Below, one piece after another: positions 17,921-27,004 of a stretch of DNA of 32,313 nt. Position 1 is the stretch's first letter; each line of letters opens with the position of its first letter. The stretch is from an uncultured Flavobacteriales bacterium (GTDB taxonomy: Bacteria > Bacteroidota > Bacteroidia > Flavobacteriales_E > Vicingaceae). The DNA is taken from NCBI GenBank assembly GCA_965369165.1, contig CBDUPT010000001.1, positions 1 to 32,313 of the forward strand, given 5' to 3'. The position numbers and the translations under genes are program-made. The notes under the pieces were generated by a model. The model was given only the letters and a program-made list of their open reading frames with translations. It was not told the origin of the DNA and made no database searches.

Positions 17921-20900
17921 TCAATAATTCAAACTAGCACTCACCCATTTTTCAGCTTCATCAAAAGTTAAATTACTTGCATCCGCATAAGCTTGTACTT
18001 GGTCTTTTTCAATTTTACCTACTCCAAAATATTTAGCTTCTTCATTACCAAAATACATTCCGCTAACTGCTGCAGTTGGGTACATGGCTAAGCTTTCTGT
18101 TAAGCTAACCCCTGTTAATTCTTGGGCATTTAAAATTTTAAACAACTCCGTTTTTAAGGTATGGTTCGGACAAGCAGGGTAACCTGGTGCTGGTCGTATG
18201 CCTTTGTAACTTTCTTTTATTAATTCTTCGTTAGTTAGATTTTCAGCAGTATCATACCCCCAAAACTCTTTACGCACTTTTTCGTGCATTAATTCTGCAA
18301 AAGCTTCTGCTAATCTATCAGCTAATGCTTTTATCATAATAGAATTATAATCATCATGGTCGGCTTCAAAACGTGCAATATGCTCTTCAATTCCGTGTCC
18401 GGTGGTTACTACAAAGCCACCAATATAATCTGTTTTACCTGTTTCTTTTGGAGCAAGAAAATCTGCTAAACTAATATTTAAAGCTGCTTTAGCTTTTTTA
18501 CTTTGTTGTCTTAATTGGTGTAATTGAGTTATTTTAGTTCCGTTTTCATAAACTTCAATTGTATCATCATTTACGGTATTAGCTTCCCAAATTCCAATTA
18601 CAGCTTTGGCAATTAACCAATTCTCATCAATAATCTGTTGTAGCATTTTTTGAGCATCGTTAAATACTTTTGTTGCTTCAGCACCAACTACATCATCGGT
18701 TAAAATGTTAGGGTATTTTCCCGCTAGCTCCCAAGTTCTAAAAAACGGAGTCCAATCAATGTAAGTCGCAATTTCTTCTAAACTGTAATTCTCAAATTGT
18801 TTGGTGCCTAATAAGTTTGGTTTTGTGATTTTACTTGTTTCCCAATCAATTTGATATTTATTAGCTCTAGCTCCTTCTAGCGAAAGCATTTCTTTACGAA
18901 CTTGTTTGTTGTTGTAATGTGTTCTTACAGTATCGTACTCTGTCTTTAATGCTTTAACGTATTCTGTTTTTTTATCGCTTAATAAACTATCTGCAACAGT
19001 TACCGAACGCGAAGCATCTAACACATAAACTGCTTGTCCTTTTGTGTAATGTTCTTCAATTTTTACCGCAGTATGAACTTTAGAAGTTGTTGCTCCACCT
19101 ATTAATAGAGGAATAGAAAAATCTCCACGTTCCATTTCTTTGGCAACGTTGACCATCTCATCTAACGAAGGTGTAATTAACCCAGATAGACCAATTAAAT
19201 CAACATTTTCTTCTTTGGCTACTCTCAAAATTTCCTCACAAGGAACCATTACCCCCAAATCAATTACCTCATAATTGTTACAGCCTAAAACAACCCCAAC
19301 TATGTTTTTACCAATATCATGCACATCTCCTTTTACAGTTGCGAGTAATACTTTTCCGTTATTCTCTTTAGCCCCTCCAGACCTCCCCGAAGGGGTGGCT
19401 TCTGTAACATCTTGCCTTTGATTAACTTCACGCAAAATTGAATCTAAAGTGTTATCTGTATCTGCTAAAACTTGCTCATTACTATAACGAATTACTTTAA
19501 ATTCTTTTTCTTCTAACCACTCTGTTCTAACACTATCTCTTTCTTTATTTTCTGGTAGTTGGTGAATTTTACCATCTATTTCAACTATCAACCTTCTTTT
19601 CAAACAAACAAAATCGGCAATATATTGACCGATAATATGCTGTCTTCTAAACTTAAATCCTTCTAACTTTTTATTTCGTAGCAATTCCCACATTGCTTTT
19701 TCTGCTTCGGTAGGATTAGCTTTTTGTTCTTTTGCAAACTCTTTCAATTTTCCATATAGCATCACATCTGCTGTACGAAAACTATCAAAAGCCCCTCCTT
19801 CGGAGGGGTTGGGGAGGCTTTTTTTAGCCTCTTCAATATATGGGAGAAGATATGCAACAGCTTTTTTCATTACCCTTGCAGATTTTACTACTTGAGGCAA
19901 AAACATTTTCCCAGAACCAAATAAATCACCAACCACACCCATTCCATTCATTAGATATTCTTCAATAACTTGTAAAGGCCTATCAACAATTAAACGAGCT
20001 TCTTCCGCATCTTCTTCAATAAAATCAGCATTTCCTTTTACTAATCCGTGAGTAATTCTTTCTTGTAAAGTTCCTTTACGCCACTCTAAATCTAGCTTTT
20101 GCTCTTTAACCGTTCCTTTTACATTGTCAGCATAATCTAACAAACGCTCAGTTGCATCATCCGTTCTGTCCAATAAAACATCTTCAACTTTATCTAATAA
20201 TTCTTTAGGAATATCACTGTAAACCTCTAACATTTCTGGGTTTACAATTCCCATATCCATTCCTTCTTTAATGGCGTGATATAGAAATGCTGAGTGCATT
20301 GCCTCACGAACAGTATTGTTTCCTCTAAAAGAAAAAGAAGCATTACTTACGCCTCCACTTATGTGAGCTCCTGGTAAATTTTCACGAATCCATCGTGTTG
20401 CTAAAAAGAAATCTAGGGCATTTCTTCTATGTTCTTCCATTCCTGTTGCCACAGGAAAAATATTAGGATCAAAAATGATGTCTTGTGGAGGAAAACCTAC
20501 TTTATCTACTAAGATCCGATACGATTTTTCGCAAATTTCTATTCTTCTTTCATAAGTATCAGCTTGCCCTTGTTCATCGAATGCCATCACAATAACTGCT
20601 GCTCCATATCTTAAAATGGTTTTAGCTTGCTCAATAAATTGTTCTTCTCCCTCTTTTAAACTGATAGAGTTTACCACACATTTACCTTGAGCATTTTTTA
20701 ATCCAGCCTCAATAATTTCCCATTTACTGGAATCTATCATTATTGGCACTCGGCAAATATCTGGTTCGGCAGCAACCAACTTTAAAAAGTTAATCATGGC
20801 TTCTTTTCCATCAATTAAACCATCATCCATATTAATGTCAATGATTTGTGCTCCACCTTCTACTTGCTGACGAGCAATGCTCAATGCTTCTTCAAATTGT

Positions 20901-21076
20901 TTTTCGTTAATTAAACGCAAAAACTTTTTAGAACCAGCAACATTTGTACGCTCACCTATATTAATAAAGTTGACTTCTGGTGTTACAACCAATGGTTCTA
21001 ATCCACTCAACTTCATGTAAGGAATATCCTTCCACTTGTATTCGTAATCTCCTGTATAATCTGGGTGTAAACTCAT
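17921..21076 (-). CDS. metH: Methionine synthase, cobalamin-dependent: pterin-binding + cap + B12-binding + AdoMet-activation domains, carrying a DUF559 insertion
   Basis: It is collinear with E. coli MetH from LSGLEPL onward. Shared motifs are [60 protein letters not shown] and [11 protein letters not shown]. About 150 residues (S420-A569) have no MetH counterpart. Confidence 0.95.
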   Translation of the reverse strand: MSLHPDYTGDYEYKWKDIPYMKLSGLEPLVVTPEVNFINIGERTNVAGSKKFLRLINEKQFEEALSIARQQVEGGAQIIDINMDDGLIDGKEAMINFLKLVAAEPDICRVPIMIDSSKWEIIEAGLKNAQGKCVVNSISLKEGEEQFIEQAKTILRYGAAVIVMAFDEQGQADTYERRIEICEKSYRILVDKVGFPPQDIIFDPNIFPVATGMEEHRRNALDFFLATRWIRENLPGAHISGGVSNASFSFRGNNTVREAMHSAFLYHAIKEGMDMGIVNPEMLEVYSDIPKELLDKVEDVLLDRTDDATERLLDYADNVKGTVKEQKLDLEWRKGTLQERITHGLVKGNADFIEEDAEEARLIVDRPLQVIEEYLMNGMGVVGDLFGSGKMFLPQVVKSARVMKKAVAYLLPYIEEAKKSLPNPSEGGAFDSFRTADVMLYGKLKEFAKEQKANPTEAEKAMWELLRNKKLEGFKFRRQHIIGQYIADFVCLKRRLIVEIDGKIHQLPENKERDSVRTEWLEEKEFKVIRYSNEQVLADTDNTLDSILREVNQRQDVTEATPSGRSGGAKENNGKVLLATVKGDVHDIGKNIVGVVLGCNNYEVIDLGVMVPCEEILRVAKEENVDLIGLSGLITPSLDEMVNVAKEMERGDFSIPLLIGGATTSKVHTAVKIEEHYTKGQAVYVLDASRSVTVADSLLSDKKTEYVKALKTEYDTVRTHYNNKQVRKEMLSLEGARANKYQIDWETSKITKPNLLGTKQFENYSLEEIATYIDWTPFFRTWELAGKYPNILTDDVVGAEATKVFNDAQKMLQQIIDENWLIAKAVIGIWEANTVNDDTIEVYENGTKITQLHQLRQQSKKAKAALNISLADFLAPKETGKTDYIGGFVVTTGHGIEEHIARFEADHDDYNSIMIKALADRLAEAFAELMHEKVRKEFWGYDTAENLTNEELIKESYKGIRPAPGYPACPNHTLKTELFKILNAQELTGVSLTESLAMYPTAAVSGMYFGNEEAKYFGVGKIEKDQVQAYADASNLTFDEAEKWVSASLNY
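19370..19400. repeat. Downstream (3', gene-sense) end of the cassette: GC-rich quasi-palindrome
   Basis: The plus strand reads agcccctccagacctccccgaaggggtggct, which is 22 of 31 nt G+C in an AT-rich window. It contains the cccc-gaag-gggg hairpin. It starts with the 9-mer agcccctcc that is also found at 19790. Confidence 0.75.
19790..19819. repeat. Upstream (5', gene-sense) end of the cassette: GC-rich quasi-palindrome
   Basis: The plus strand reads agcccctccttcggaggggttggggaggct. It contains the perfect hairpin cccctcc-ttc-ggagggg. Like the other end, it starts with agcccctcc and ends with ggct. Confidence 0.75.
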
Positions 21077-21078
21077 GC

Positions 21079-22068
21079 TTAATTATTTTTTGGAGAATAG
21101 TTTGATGCCAAATCGGCAATTGCTTTAATGTGCTCAGGAGTTGTTCCACAACAACCTCCAACTATATTTACTAAACCTTCATCTAAAAAGGTTTTTATTT
21201 GTTCAGCCATAAATTCAGGAGTTTCATCATAAGCTCCCATCTCATTAGGTAAACCAGCATTTGGATGTGCACTCACCAAACAGCTTGATTTTTCTCTAAT
21301 AGTTTTCAGATATGGGCGTAAAGCTTCAGCTCCTAATGCACAGTTTAAACCTATGCTTAATGGTTTTGAATGTTCAACTGAAATAACAAATGCTTCTGTA
21401 TTTTGTCCGGATAAAGTTCTACCACTTGCATCAGTAATTGTTCCTGAAATCATAATGGGTAAATCTGTTCCTTTTTCTTGTTGAATTTCATCAATTGCAA
21501 ACAATGCAGCTTTTGCGTTTAAGGTATCTGTAATGGTTTCTACTAACAATAAATCTGCTCCACCATCAATTAAACCAGAAGCTTGTTCTTTAAAAGCATC
21601 TACCAATTCATCAAAACTAATGTTTCTAAAACCAGGGTCATTTACATCTGGAGACATAGAAGCTAATTTGGTTGTTGGCCCCATAGAACCTGCTACAAAA
21701 CGAGGTTTGTTTGGCTCTTTTGCTGTAAACTCATTAGCTACTTCTTTTGCAATTTTTGCCGATTGATAGTTAATATCATAAACAGCTGAAGCTAATTCAT
21801 AATCATCTTGTGCTACCCATGTTCCACCAAAAGAATTGGTTTCGGCTATATCAGCTCCTGCTGCATAATATTCAGCATGAATGCTTTTAATGATATCTGG
21901 TCTGGTAATAGAAAGTAAATCGTTATTCCCTTTTAAAGAACATGGATGGTCTTTAAAACGTTCACCACGAAAGTCTTCTTCAGTTAGTTGATGCCTTTGA
22001 ATCATAGTTCCCATAGCACCATCCAACACCAAAATTCTTTCTTTTAATATATCTCTAATATTTGCCAT
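21079..22068 (-). CDS. Homocysteine S-methyltransferase domain protein (N-terminal module of split MetH)
   Basis: It starts [24 protein letters not shown]. The Zn-ligand motifs are GLNCALG and [11 protein letters not shown]. Its TAA lies 2 nt before the metH ATG. The 72 codons upstream in the track ORF overlap a riboswitch and terminator and were discarded. Confidence 0.9.
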   Translation of the reverse strand: MANIRDILKERILVLDGAMGTMIQRHQLTEEDFRGERFKDHPCSLKGNNDLLSITRPDIIKSIHAEYYAAGADIAETNSFGGTWVAQDDYELASAVYDINYQSAKIAKEVANEFTAKEPNKPRFVAGSMGPTTKLASMSPDVNDPGFRNISFDELVDAFKEQASGLIDGGADLLLVETITDTLNAKAALFAIDEIQQEKGTDLPIMISGTITDASGRTLSGQNTEAFVISVEHSKPLSIGLNCALGAEALRPYLKTIREKSSCLVSAHPNAGLPNEMGAYDETPEFMAEQIKTFLDEGLVNIVGGCCGTTPEHIKAIADLASNYSPKNN

Positions 22069-22071
22069 AAA

Positions 22072-22108
22072 ACAAAAAACCCTTCTGTTTAAATAAGCAG
22101 AAGGGTTT
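22072..22108 (-). terminator. Riboswitch expression-platform terminator
   Basis: In gene sense the sequence is aacccttctg-cttatttaaa-cagaagggtt followed by T6. It lies between the aptamer and the ATG at 22068. The cttat in its loop and 5' arm could pair alternatively with the P1 3' strand. Confidence 0.8.
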
Positions 22109-22120
22109 TCATATATTTTT

Positions 22121-22248
22121 CTACTTATCTTTTTCCGATTAAACGGAATAGGATTTAGCACCGGTTTTCCAATCCCGCACATGCGGGACTTATAGTTGGT
22201 TGCCAAAGCTTCACAGGGCCTAATCCCTCCACTTTTCTTGATAAGCAC
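22121..22248 (-). promoter_or_regulatory. SAM-I (S-box) riboswitch aptamer
   Basis: In gene sense it reads gCTTATCAAGAaaaGTGGAGGGAttaGGCCCtgTGAAGctttGGCAACC...ccGGTGCTAAATCCtattccgtttaatcggaaaaAGATAAGtag. This matches the conserved S-box core, with P1 formed by cttatc/gataag, and has an extended P3. Confidence 0.85.
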
Positions 22249-22288
22249 GGAGTCCGTGCAGACAATTTTTATTTTAAAGAACAAAAGG

Positions 22289-22296
22289 CAAAAGTA
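22289..22296 (-). promoter_or_regulatory. Candidate Bacteroidota -7 promoter box (TAnnTTTG)
   Basis: The minus strand reads TACTTTTG about 40 nt upstream of riboswitch P1. This rests on a motif match only. Confidence 0.35.
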
Positions 22297-22370
22297 TTTA
22301 CACTTTTTTCAATTTCCTAATAAAATTTGGAAATTATACTCTAAAAAGAGTGTTAGCCAAATTTAATTTT

Positions 22371-23831
22371 TTAAAATTCAGCGTTTTTTGGTGTTCTTGG
22401 GAAAGGTATTACATCTCTAATATTTGTCATACCAGTTACAAACAACATTAAACGCTCAAATCCTAAACCAAAACCAGCATGAGGAACGGTTCCAAATTTA
22501 CGTGTATCTAAATACCACCAAACATGCTTTTCAGGAATATTAAAATCTGCAATTTTTTGTTTTAATACATCTAAACGTTCTTCTCTTTGAGAACCCCCAA
22601 CAATTTCTCCAATACCTGGGAATAAAATGTCCATTGCACTTACCGTTGGACCAACTTCCATTCCTGGTTTTGGTTCTGGCAATTCGTCATCTTGACGCAT
22701 GTAAAATGCTTTTATTGTTGCAGGGTAGTTGGTTAAGATTACAGGTTTTTTAAACTCTTTCTCTACTAAATATCTTTCATGTTCAGATTGTAAATCAGCT
22801 CCCCATCCTTCAATTTTATATTGAAATTTTCCTTTTTTGTTGGGTTTGCAATTTCTTAAAATGTCAATAGCATCTGTATAAGTTAAACGCACAAAGTCAT
22901 TATCAACAACCATTTTTAATTTTTCAATCAATTCCATTGATTGTTGGTCTTGTGGCTTTCCTTTTTCTTCTTCTTTAACTCGGTTGCTCAAAAATTCTAA
23001 ATCAGCTGCACAGTTATCTAAAGCATATTGAACACAATACTGTAGCATTTCTTCTGCTAAATCCATATTGTCGTGTAAATCCGCAAAAGCAACCTCAGGC
23101 TCTATCATCCAAAATTCTGCTAAATGACGTGTAGTATTTGAATTTTCAGCTCTAAAAGTTGGTCCAAAAGTATAAACTTGACCCAAAGCTAAAGCTGCTA
23201 ACTCAGCTTCAAGCTGCCCAGAAACTGTTAAGTTTGTTTCTTTACCGAAAAAATCTTGTTTCACATCAATTTTCCCATCCTCTGTTTTTGGAATATTGTC
23301 CAAATCAAAGTTGGTAACTCTAAACATTTCCCCTGCGCCTTCAGCATCAGAACCAGTAATTATGGGTGTATGGATGTTGTAAAAATCTTTATCATTAAAG
23401 AATTTATGCACAGCAAAAATCATGTTATGACGAATACGAGAAACCGCACTAAATGTGTTAGTTCTAAAACGTAAGTGAGCATTTTCTCTTAAGAACTCTA
23501 AGGAGTGCTTTTTTGGTTGTAACGGATATTCATCTGGATGAGCATCACCAATTACTTCAAAAGATTTTACAACAATCTCTATCGATTGCCCTCTTCCTTG
23601 AGATTCTACTATTTCTCCAACAATTGAAACTGCAGCGCCAGTAGTAATTCTTTTTAATTGAGCCTCATCTTCGTTTTCAAAATCAACAACTGCTTGAATA
23701 TTATTAATAGTTGAACCATCGTTTAACGCAATAAACCGATTACTTCTAAAAGTTCTTACCCAACCTTTTACTAATACCTCTTCGCTAATTTTTGCCGAAG
23801 CTAGCAAGTCACTAATTTTAATTCTTTTCAT
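22371..23831 (-). CDS. asnS: Asparagine--tRNA ligase
   Basis: Class II aaRS motifs are [21 protein letters not shown] and GFGLGFERL. The C-terminus [10 protein letters not shown] is typical of AsnRS. The N-terminus has an OB-fold anticodon-binding region. Confidence 0.92.
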   Translation of the reverse strand: MKRIKISDLLASAKISEEVLVKGWVRTFRSNRFIALNDGSTINNIQAVVDFENEDEAQLKRITTGAAVSIVGEIVESQGRGQSIEIVVKSFEVIGDAHPDEYPLQPKKHSLEFLRENAHLRFRTNTFSAVSRIRHNMIFAVHKFFNDKDFYNIHTPIITGSDAEGAGEMFRVTNFDLDNIPKTEDGKIDVKQDFFGKETNLTVSGQLEAELAALALGQVYTFGPTFRAENSNTTRHLAEFWMIEPEVAFADLHDNMDLAEEMLQYCVQYALDNCAADLEFLSNRVKEEEKGKPQDQQSMELIEKLKMVVDNDFVRLTYTDAIDILRNCKPNKKGKFQYKIEGWGADLQSEHERYLVEKEFKKPVILTNYPATIKAFYMRQDDELPEPKPGMEVGPTVSAMDILFPGIGEIVGGSQREERLDVLKQKIADFNIPEKHVWWYLDTRKFGTVPHAGFGLGFERLMLFVTGMTNIRDVIPFPRTPKNAEF

Positions 23832-24077
23832 CTCAATTAATTTTAGGCGAAATTAATGCTCTTTTTTAATAGAATAAAAACTATCTATAAATCATTTTAT
23901 AACGAAAACAATTTTTATCTTTACAGAAGTGATATTATCCACTGTTTTAAAGATTAAATATTTAACAAATTCGATTAAATTGGTTTTTATTACGATAAAA
24001 AACCGAAAAATATTTTGAATATCTTAAATAAGGTTTTAATATTGCAGACTAATAACGTGTTTAAAGAACATTGACTT

Positions 24078-24866
24078 ATGAAAAAATTATTTTTCGTCTT
24101 ATTAATTTCACTTTTCGCATTGCATGTAAATGCAACTGGAGTTATTGTGTTAGAAGGGCATTACCAAGGTAAAAACTTATACGTTCAAAATCCTTTTGCG
24201 GGTAGTGGGGTAGGATTTTGTACTTTCGAAGTAACTATAAATGGAGAAGTAACTACTGATGAAGTTAACTCTAGTGCTTTCGAAATTGATTTTGCAAATT
24301 TCCAATTAAAGGTTGGAGATCCTGTTATAGTAAAGATAAAGCATAAAGATGATTGTAAACCTAAAGTTTTAAATCCTGAAGTTTTAAAACCAAAAAGTAC
24401 TTTCGAAATTGTTTCAATGAAAATATCTAAAGAAGGAAACTTTGATTGGGTAACAAAAAACGAAACAGGAAAGTTAACTTTTATTGTAGAGCAATTTAGA
24501 TGGAATAAGTGGATTAAAGTAGGTGAGGTTGATGGAAATGGAACTTCTGCTGAAAATACTTATGATTTTAAAATTACTCCTCACTCAGGTGAAAACAAAT
24601 TTAGAGTAAAACAAATTGATTATTCTGGTAAGCCAAGATATTCTCAAGCATCTAGATATATCTCTCCAGTAGGTGAGATTACTTTTAGCCCTATTAAAGT
24701 AAAAGACATTATTAACTTTACTGGCGAAACTTTATTTGAAGTTTATGATAGTTATGCTAACATCGTGAAAAAAGGATATGGTGGAAAAGTAGATGTAACT
24801 AACCTTAAAAAAGGTATCTACTACTTAAATTATGATAACAAAACTGAAACTTTTGTAAAGAAGTAA
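24078..24866 (+). CDS. Secreted protein with a T9SS type A C-terminal sorting domain
   Basis: It has a signal peptide. The C-terminal segment FEVYDSYANIVKKGYGGKVDVTNLKKGIYYLNYDNKTETFVKK resembles Por secretion-tail domains. The passenger domain was not recognised. Confidence 0.6.
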   Translation: MKKLFFVLLISLFALHVNATGVIVLEGHYQGKNLYVQNPFAGSGVGFCTFEVTINGEVTTDEVNSSAFEIDFANFQLKVGDPVIVKIKHKDDCKPKVLNPEVLKPKSTFEIVSMKISKEGNFDWVTKNETGKLTFIVEQFRWNKWIKVGEVDGNGTSAENTYDFKITPHSGENKFRVKQIDYSGKPRYSQASRYISPVGEITFSPIKVKDIINFTGETLFEVYDSYANIVKKGYGGKVDVTNLKKGIYYLNYDNKTETFVKK

Positions 24867-24884
24867 TACAGTTAAATATATTTT

Positions 24885-24916
24885 AATCCCGACTTATTTA
24901 GTCGGGATTTTTTTTG
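24885..24916 (+). terminator. Intrinsic terminator
   Basis: A 10-bp stem pairs aatcccgact with agtcgggatt around a 5-nt loop. A T-rich run (9 T in gattttttttg) follows. Confidence 0.85.
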
Positions 24917-24923
24917 CTCCATT

Positions 24924-25325
24924 ATGAATAAGATAGAACATTTAGGTATAGCGGTTAAAAATTTAGTAGAAGCTAATGAAGTGTATTCAAAGCTTTTTAA
25001 TCAAGAACCTTATAAATTAGAAACTGTTGAAAGTGAAGGTGTTTCTACTTCTTTTTTTAAAGTTGGAGAGAATAAGATTGAATTATTAGAAGCAACAAAC
25101 CCTGATAGTGCTATTGCAAAATTTATAGAAAAGAAAGGAGAAGGAATACATCATGTAGCATTTGATGTAGCTGATATTTACGCTGAAATGGAAAGATTAA
25201 GAAGTGAGGGATTCATCATTCTTAATGAAGAACCAAAAAAAGGTGCTGATAATAAATTGGTATGTTTTGTTCATCCAAAGTCAGCAAATGGTGTGTTAAT
25301 TGAACTTTGCCAAGACATCAAGTAA
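24924..25325 (+). CDS. mce: Methylmalonyl-CoA epimerase (VOC family)
   Basis: Motifs are IEHLGIAVKNL, KIELLE, IAKFIEKKGEGIHHVAF and GVLIELCQ. The length is 133 aa. Confidence 0.85.
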   Translation: MNKIEHLGIAVKNLVEANEVYSKLFNQEPYKLETVESEGVSTSFFKVGENKIELLEATNPDSAIAKFIEKKGEGIHHVAFDVADIYAEMERLRSEGFIILNEEPKKGADNKLVCFVHPKSANGVLIELCQDIK

Positions 25326-25895
25326 TACCTTCCCTGCTTCTTGTAAATTTTCACCAAAAGCAATTAAACCTTCATCATGCCCTCCCATTACCATAATTTT
25401 TTCATCTATTAGGGCAGTATCATTAAAAAGACGTTTAATTTCTGAAGCCATTTCTGAAGTTCCGTAAGGTACATTTCGTTTAGAAGTTGGAATTTTATCA
25501 ATTAAATTATCCCATAATTCTTTATTATGAATATGTATAACTGCCTTAATTGAAGAATCTGCATCATAGAATGCTGCATGAGTTAAACTCTCAGCAGAAG
25601 CTTTTATTTGACCAATGCAATCCAAGCTATTTTTATCCATATCATAAGATGTAACTAAAGAGAAGTCTTTTGCAGCTATCGGATAAATATTTCCTGTTTG
25701 AGTGCCAGAGATTAAAATTCCTAAGGGAGTTTGAATACTAATGTTCCCATACCCTATTTTTATATCCTTGTACTCTCCAATTAACTTGAGTTCATGCATT
25801 TTGTCGCGCCATTCCATTAATTGAACAGGAACATTAATTGGCAATTCATTGTCTTCCCAATTGCAATTAAATTTTATGACTCCTTCATCTATCAT
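25296..25895 (-). CDS. Class II aldolase/adducin-fold protein (MtnB dehydratase-like or Ald2 aldolase-like)
   Basis: Motifs are GNISIQ, KASAESLTHAAFY, the metal-ligand-like AVIHIHNKE and GGHDEGLIAFG, and VPYGTSEMA. It overlaps the mtnA stop by 4 nt (ATGA). Confidence 0.7.
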   Translation of the reverse strand: MIDEGVIKFNCNWEDNELPINVPVQLMEWRDKMHELKLIGEYKDIKIGYGNISIQTPLGILISGTQTGNIYPIAAKDFSLVTSYDMDKNSLDCIGQIKASAESLTHAAFYDADSSIKAVIHIHNKELWDNLIDKIPTSKRNVPYGTSEMASEIKRLFNDTALIDEKIMVMGGHDEGLIAFGENLQEAGKVLLDVLAKFN

Positions 25896-27004
25896 ACTTC
25901 AAATTTTTCTGGGAACAATGCTTTTATACCTTCTTCTGAAGCTTTGCAAATTCCTCTTTCGGTAATTAAACCTGTTACATATTTAGCAGGCGTAACATCA
26001 AAGCCATAATTAAGTGCTGGAGTTGTTTCAGGGCAAATCAAAACTGATTTTATTTCTCCATCAACTTTTCCCTGCATGTATTTTACTTCATCTTCACTTC
26101 TTGTTTCAATAGGAATATCTCTTACCCCATTTTTAATACTGCAATCTAATGTTGAAGATGGTAGCCCAACATAAAATGGAACATTGTTATCATGAGCAGC
26201 TAATGCCTTTAAATATGTTCCGATTTTATTTGCTACATCTCCATTTCCAGCTGTTCTGTCTGTCCCCACAATCACTATATCAACCATTCCATGTTGCATT
26301 AAATGTCCACCAGTATTATCATTAATTAAAGTATGTTTTACGCCTTGTTGGTTTAATTCGAAAGCCGTTAAATTGGCTCCTTGGTTTCTTGGTCGAGTTT
26401 CATCTACCCAAACATGAACATCTATACCTGCTTGTTGTGCTTGATATATTGGAGAGGTAGCTGTTCCCCAATCTATAGTTGCTAACCAACCTGCATTACA
26501 ATGAGTTAAAATGTTTACAGTGTCACCCTTTTTTCTCTTAGAAATTTCTTCTATCAGCTTTAAGCCATGTTGACCAATGTTAAAACATATATCGATATCC
26601 TCTTGCTTTATTTCATTAGCACGATTAAAAGCTATAGCAATTCGCTCATCAGCATCAACAATATCCTTTATTGCTTCTTCCATCTCTTTAACAGCCCAAG
26701 CTAAGTTAACTGCAGTAGGTCTAGTAGCGTTAAGCTTATTTACGACTTGTTTTAAATATTCTTCAGGATTATTCTGATTCTTAGCTTCAATACAACCTAT
26801 ATATATTCCGTAAGCAGCAGTAACACCAATTAATGGAGCTCCTCTAACTACCATTTCTTTAATTGCAAAAGCAGCTTCATCAGTAGTAGAAATATTAAAC
26901 ACATCTATTTGATGTGGGAAATAACGTTGATCAAAAACTTGAATGAGTTCTATATTATTTTCATCTACCCAAATGGTATTATAATGTTGTCCGTTAATAT
27001 TCAT
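25892..27004 (-). CDS. mtnA: S-methyl-5-thioribose-1-phosphate isomerase
   Basis: Motifs are FDQRYFP, AIKEMVVRGAPLIGVTAAYG, VGTDRTAGNGDVANKIGTY and PFYVGLPSSTLD. Confidence 0.9.
   Translation of the reverse strand: MNINGQHYNTIWVDENNIELIQVFDQRYFPHQIDVFNISTTDEAAFAIKEMVVRGAPLIGVTAAYGIYIGCIEAKNQNNPEEYLKQVVNKLNATRPTAVNLAWAVKEMEEAIKDIVDADERIAIAFNRANEIKQEDIDICFNIGQHGLKLIEEISKRKKGDTVNILTHCNAGWLATIDWGTATSPIYQAQQAGIDVHVWVDETRPRNQGANLTAFELNQQGVKHTLINDNTGGHLMQHGMVDIVIVGTDRTAGNGDVANKIGTYLKALAAHDNNVPFYVGLPSSTLDCSIKNGVRDIPIETRSEDEVKYMQGKVDGEIKSVLICPETTPALNYGFDVTPAKYVTGLITERGICKASEEGIKALFPEKFEV

Larger units (their letters stand above)
19370..19819 (-). mobile_element. In-frame cassette encoding a DUF559/Vsr-like endonuclease domain inside metH
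   Basis: The DUF559 signature reads [80 protein letters not shown]-rich quasi-palindromes bound it. There is no stop codon, and the frame is continuous with MetH on both sides. Confidence 0.75.

Noticed and set aside
19370-19819. Intein interpretation of the MetH insertion
   Set aside because: There is no C-terminal His-Asn followed by Cys/Ser/Thr, since the junction is ..SGGA|KENN. There are no Hint-domain blocks. The inserted fold is DUF559/Vsr-like rather than LAGLIDADG or HNH embedded within a splicing domain.
21074-21081. The split between the two metH ORFs read as a frameshift or pseudogene
   Set aside because: Both ORFs are long and intact. The break lies in the natural interdomain linker. 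The downstream ORF has its own ATG 2 nt after the TAA, and I believe a two-gene metH is usual in this lineage. A sequencing error cannot be excluded without reads.
20961-21161. 66-aa minus-strand ORF spanning the metH junction
   Set aside because: It lies out of frame across two well-supported coding regions and has no independent signal.
22121-22248. Cobalamin riboswitch upstream of B12-dependent metH
   Set aside because: The conserved core (CTTATCAAGA..GGAGGGA..GGCCC..GCAACC..GGTGCTAAATCC..AGATAAG) is the S-box/SAM-I pattern. No B12-box was seen.
22069-22284. N-terminal 72 codons of the 401-aa track ORF (MFFKIKIVCTDSV...)
   Set aside because: This stretch coincides with a SAM-I riboswitch aptamer and its terminator hairpin. 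The peptide has no MetH counterpart. A Met at 22068 begins the conserved homocysteine-binding domain right after the terminator.
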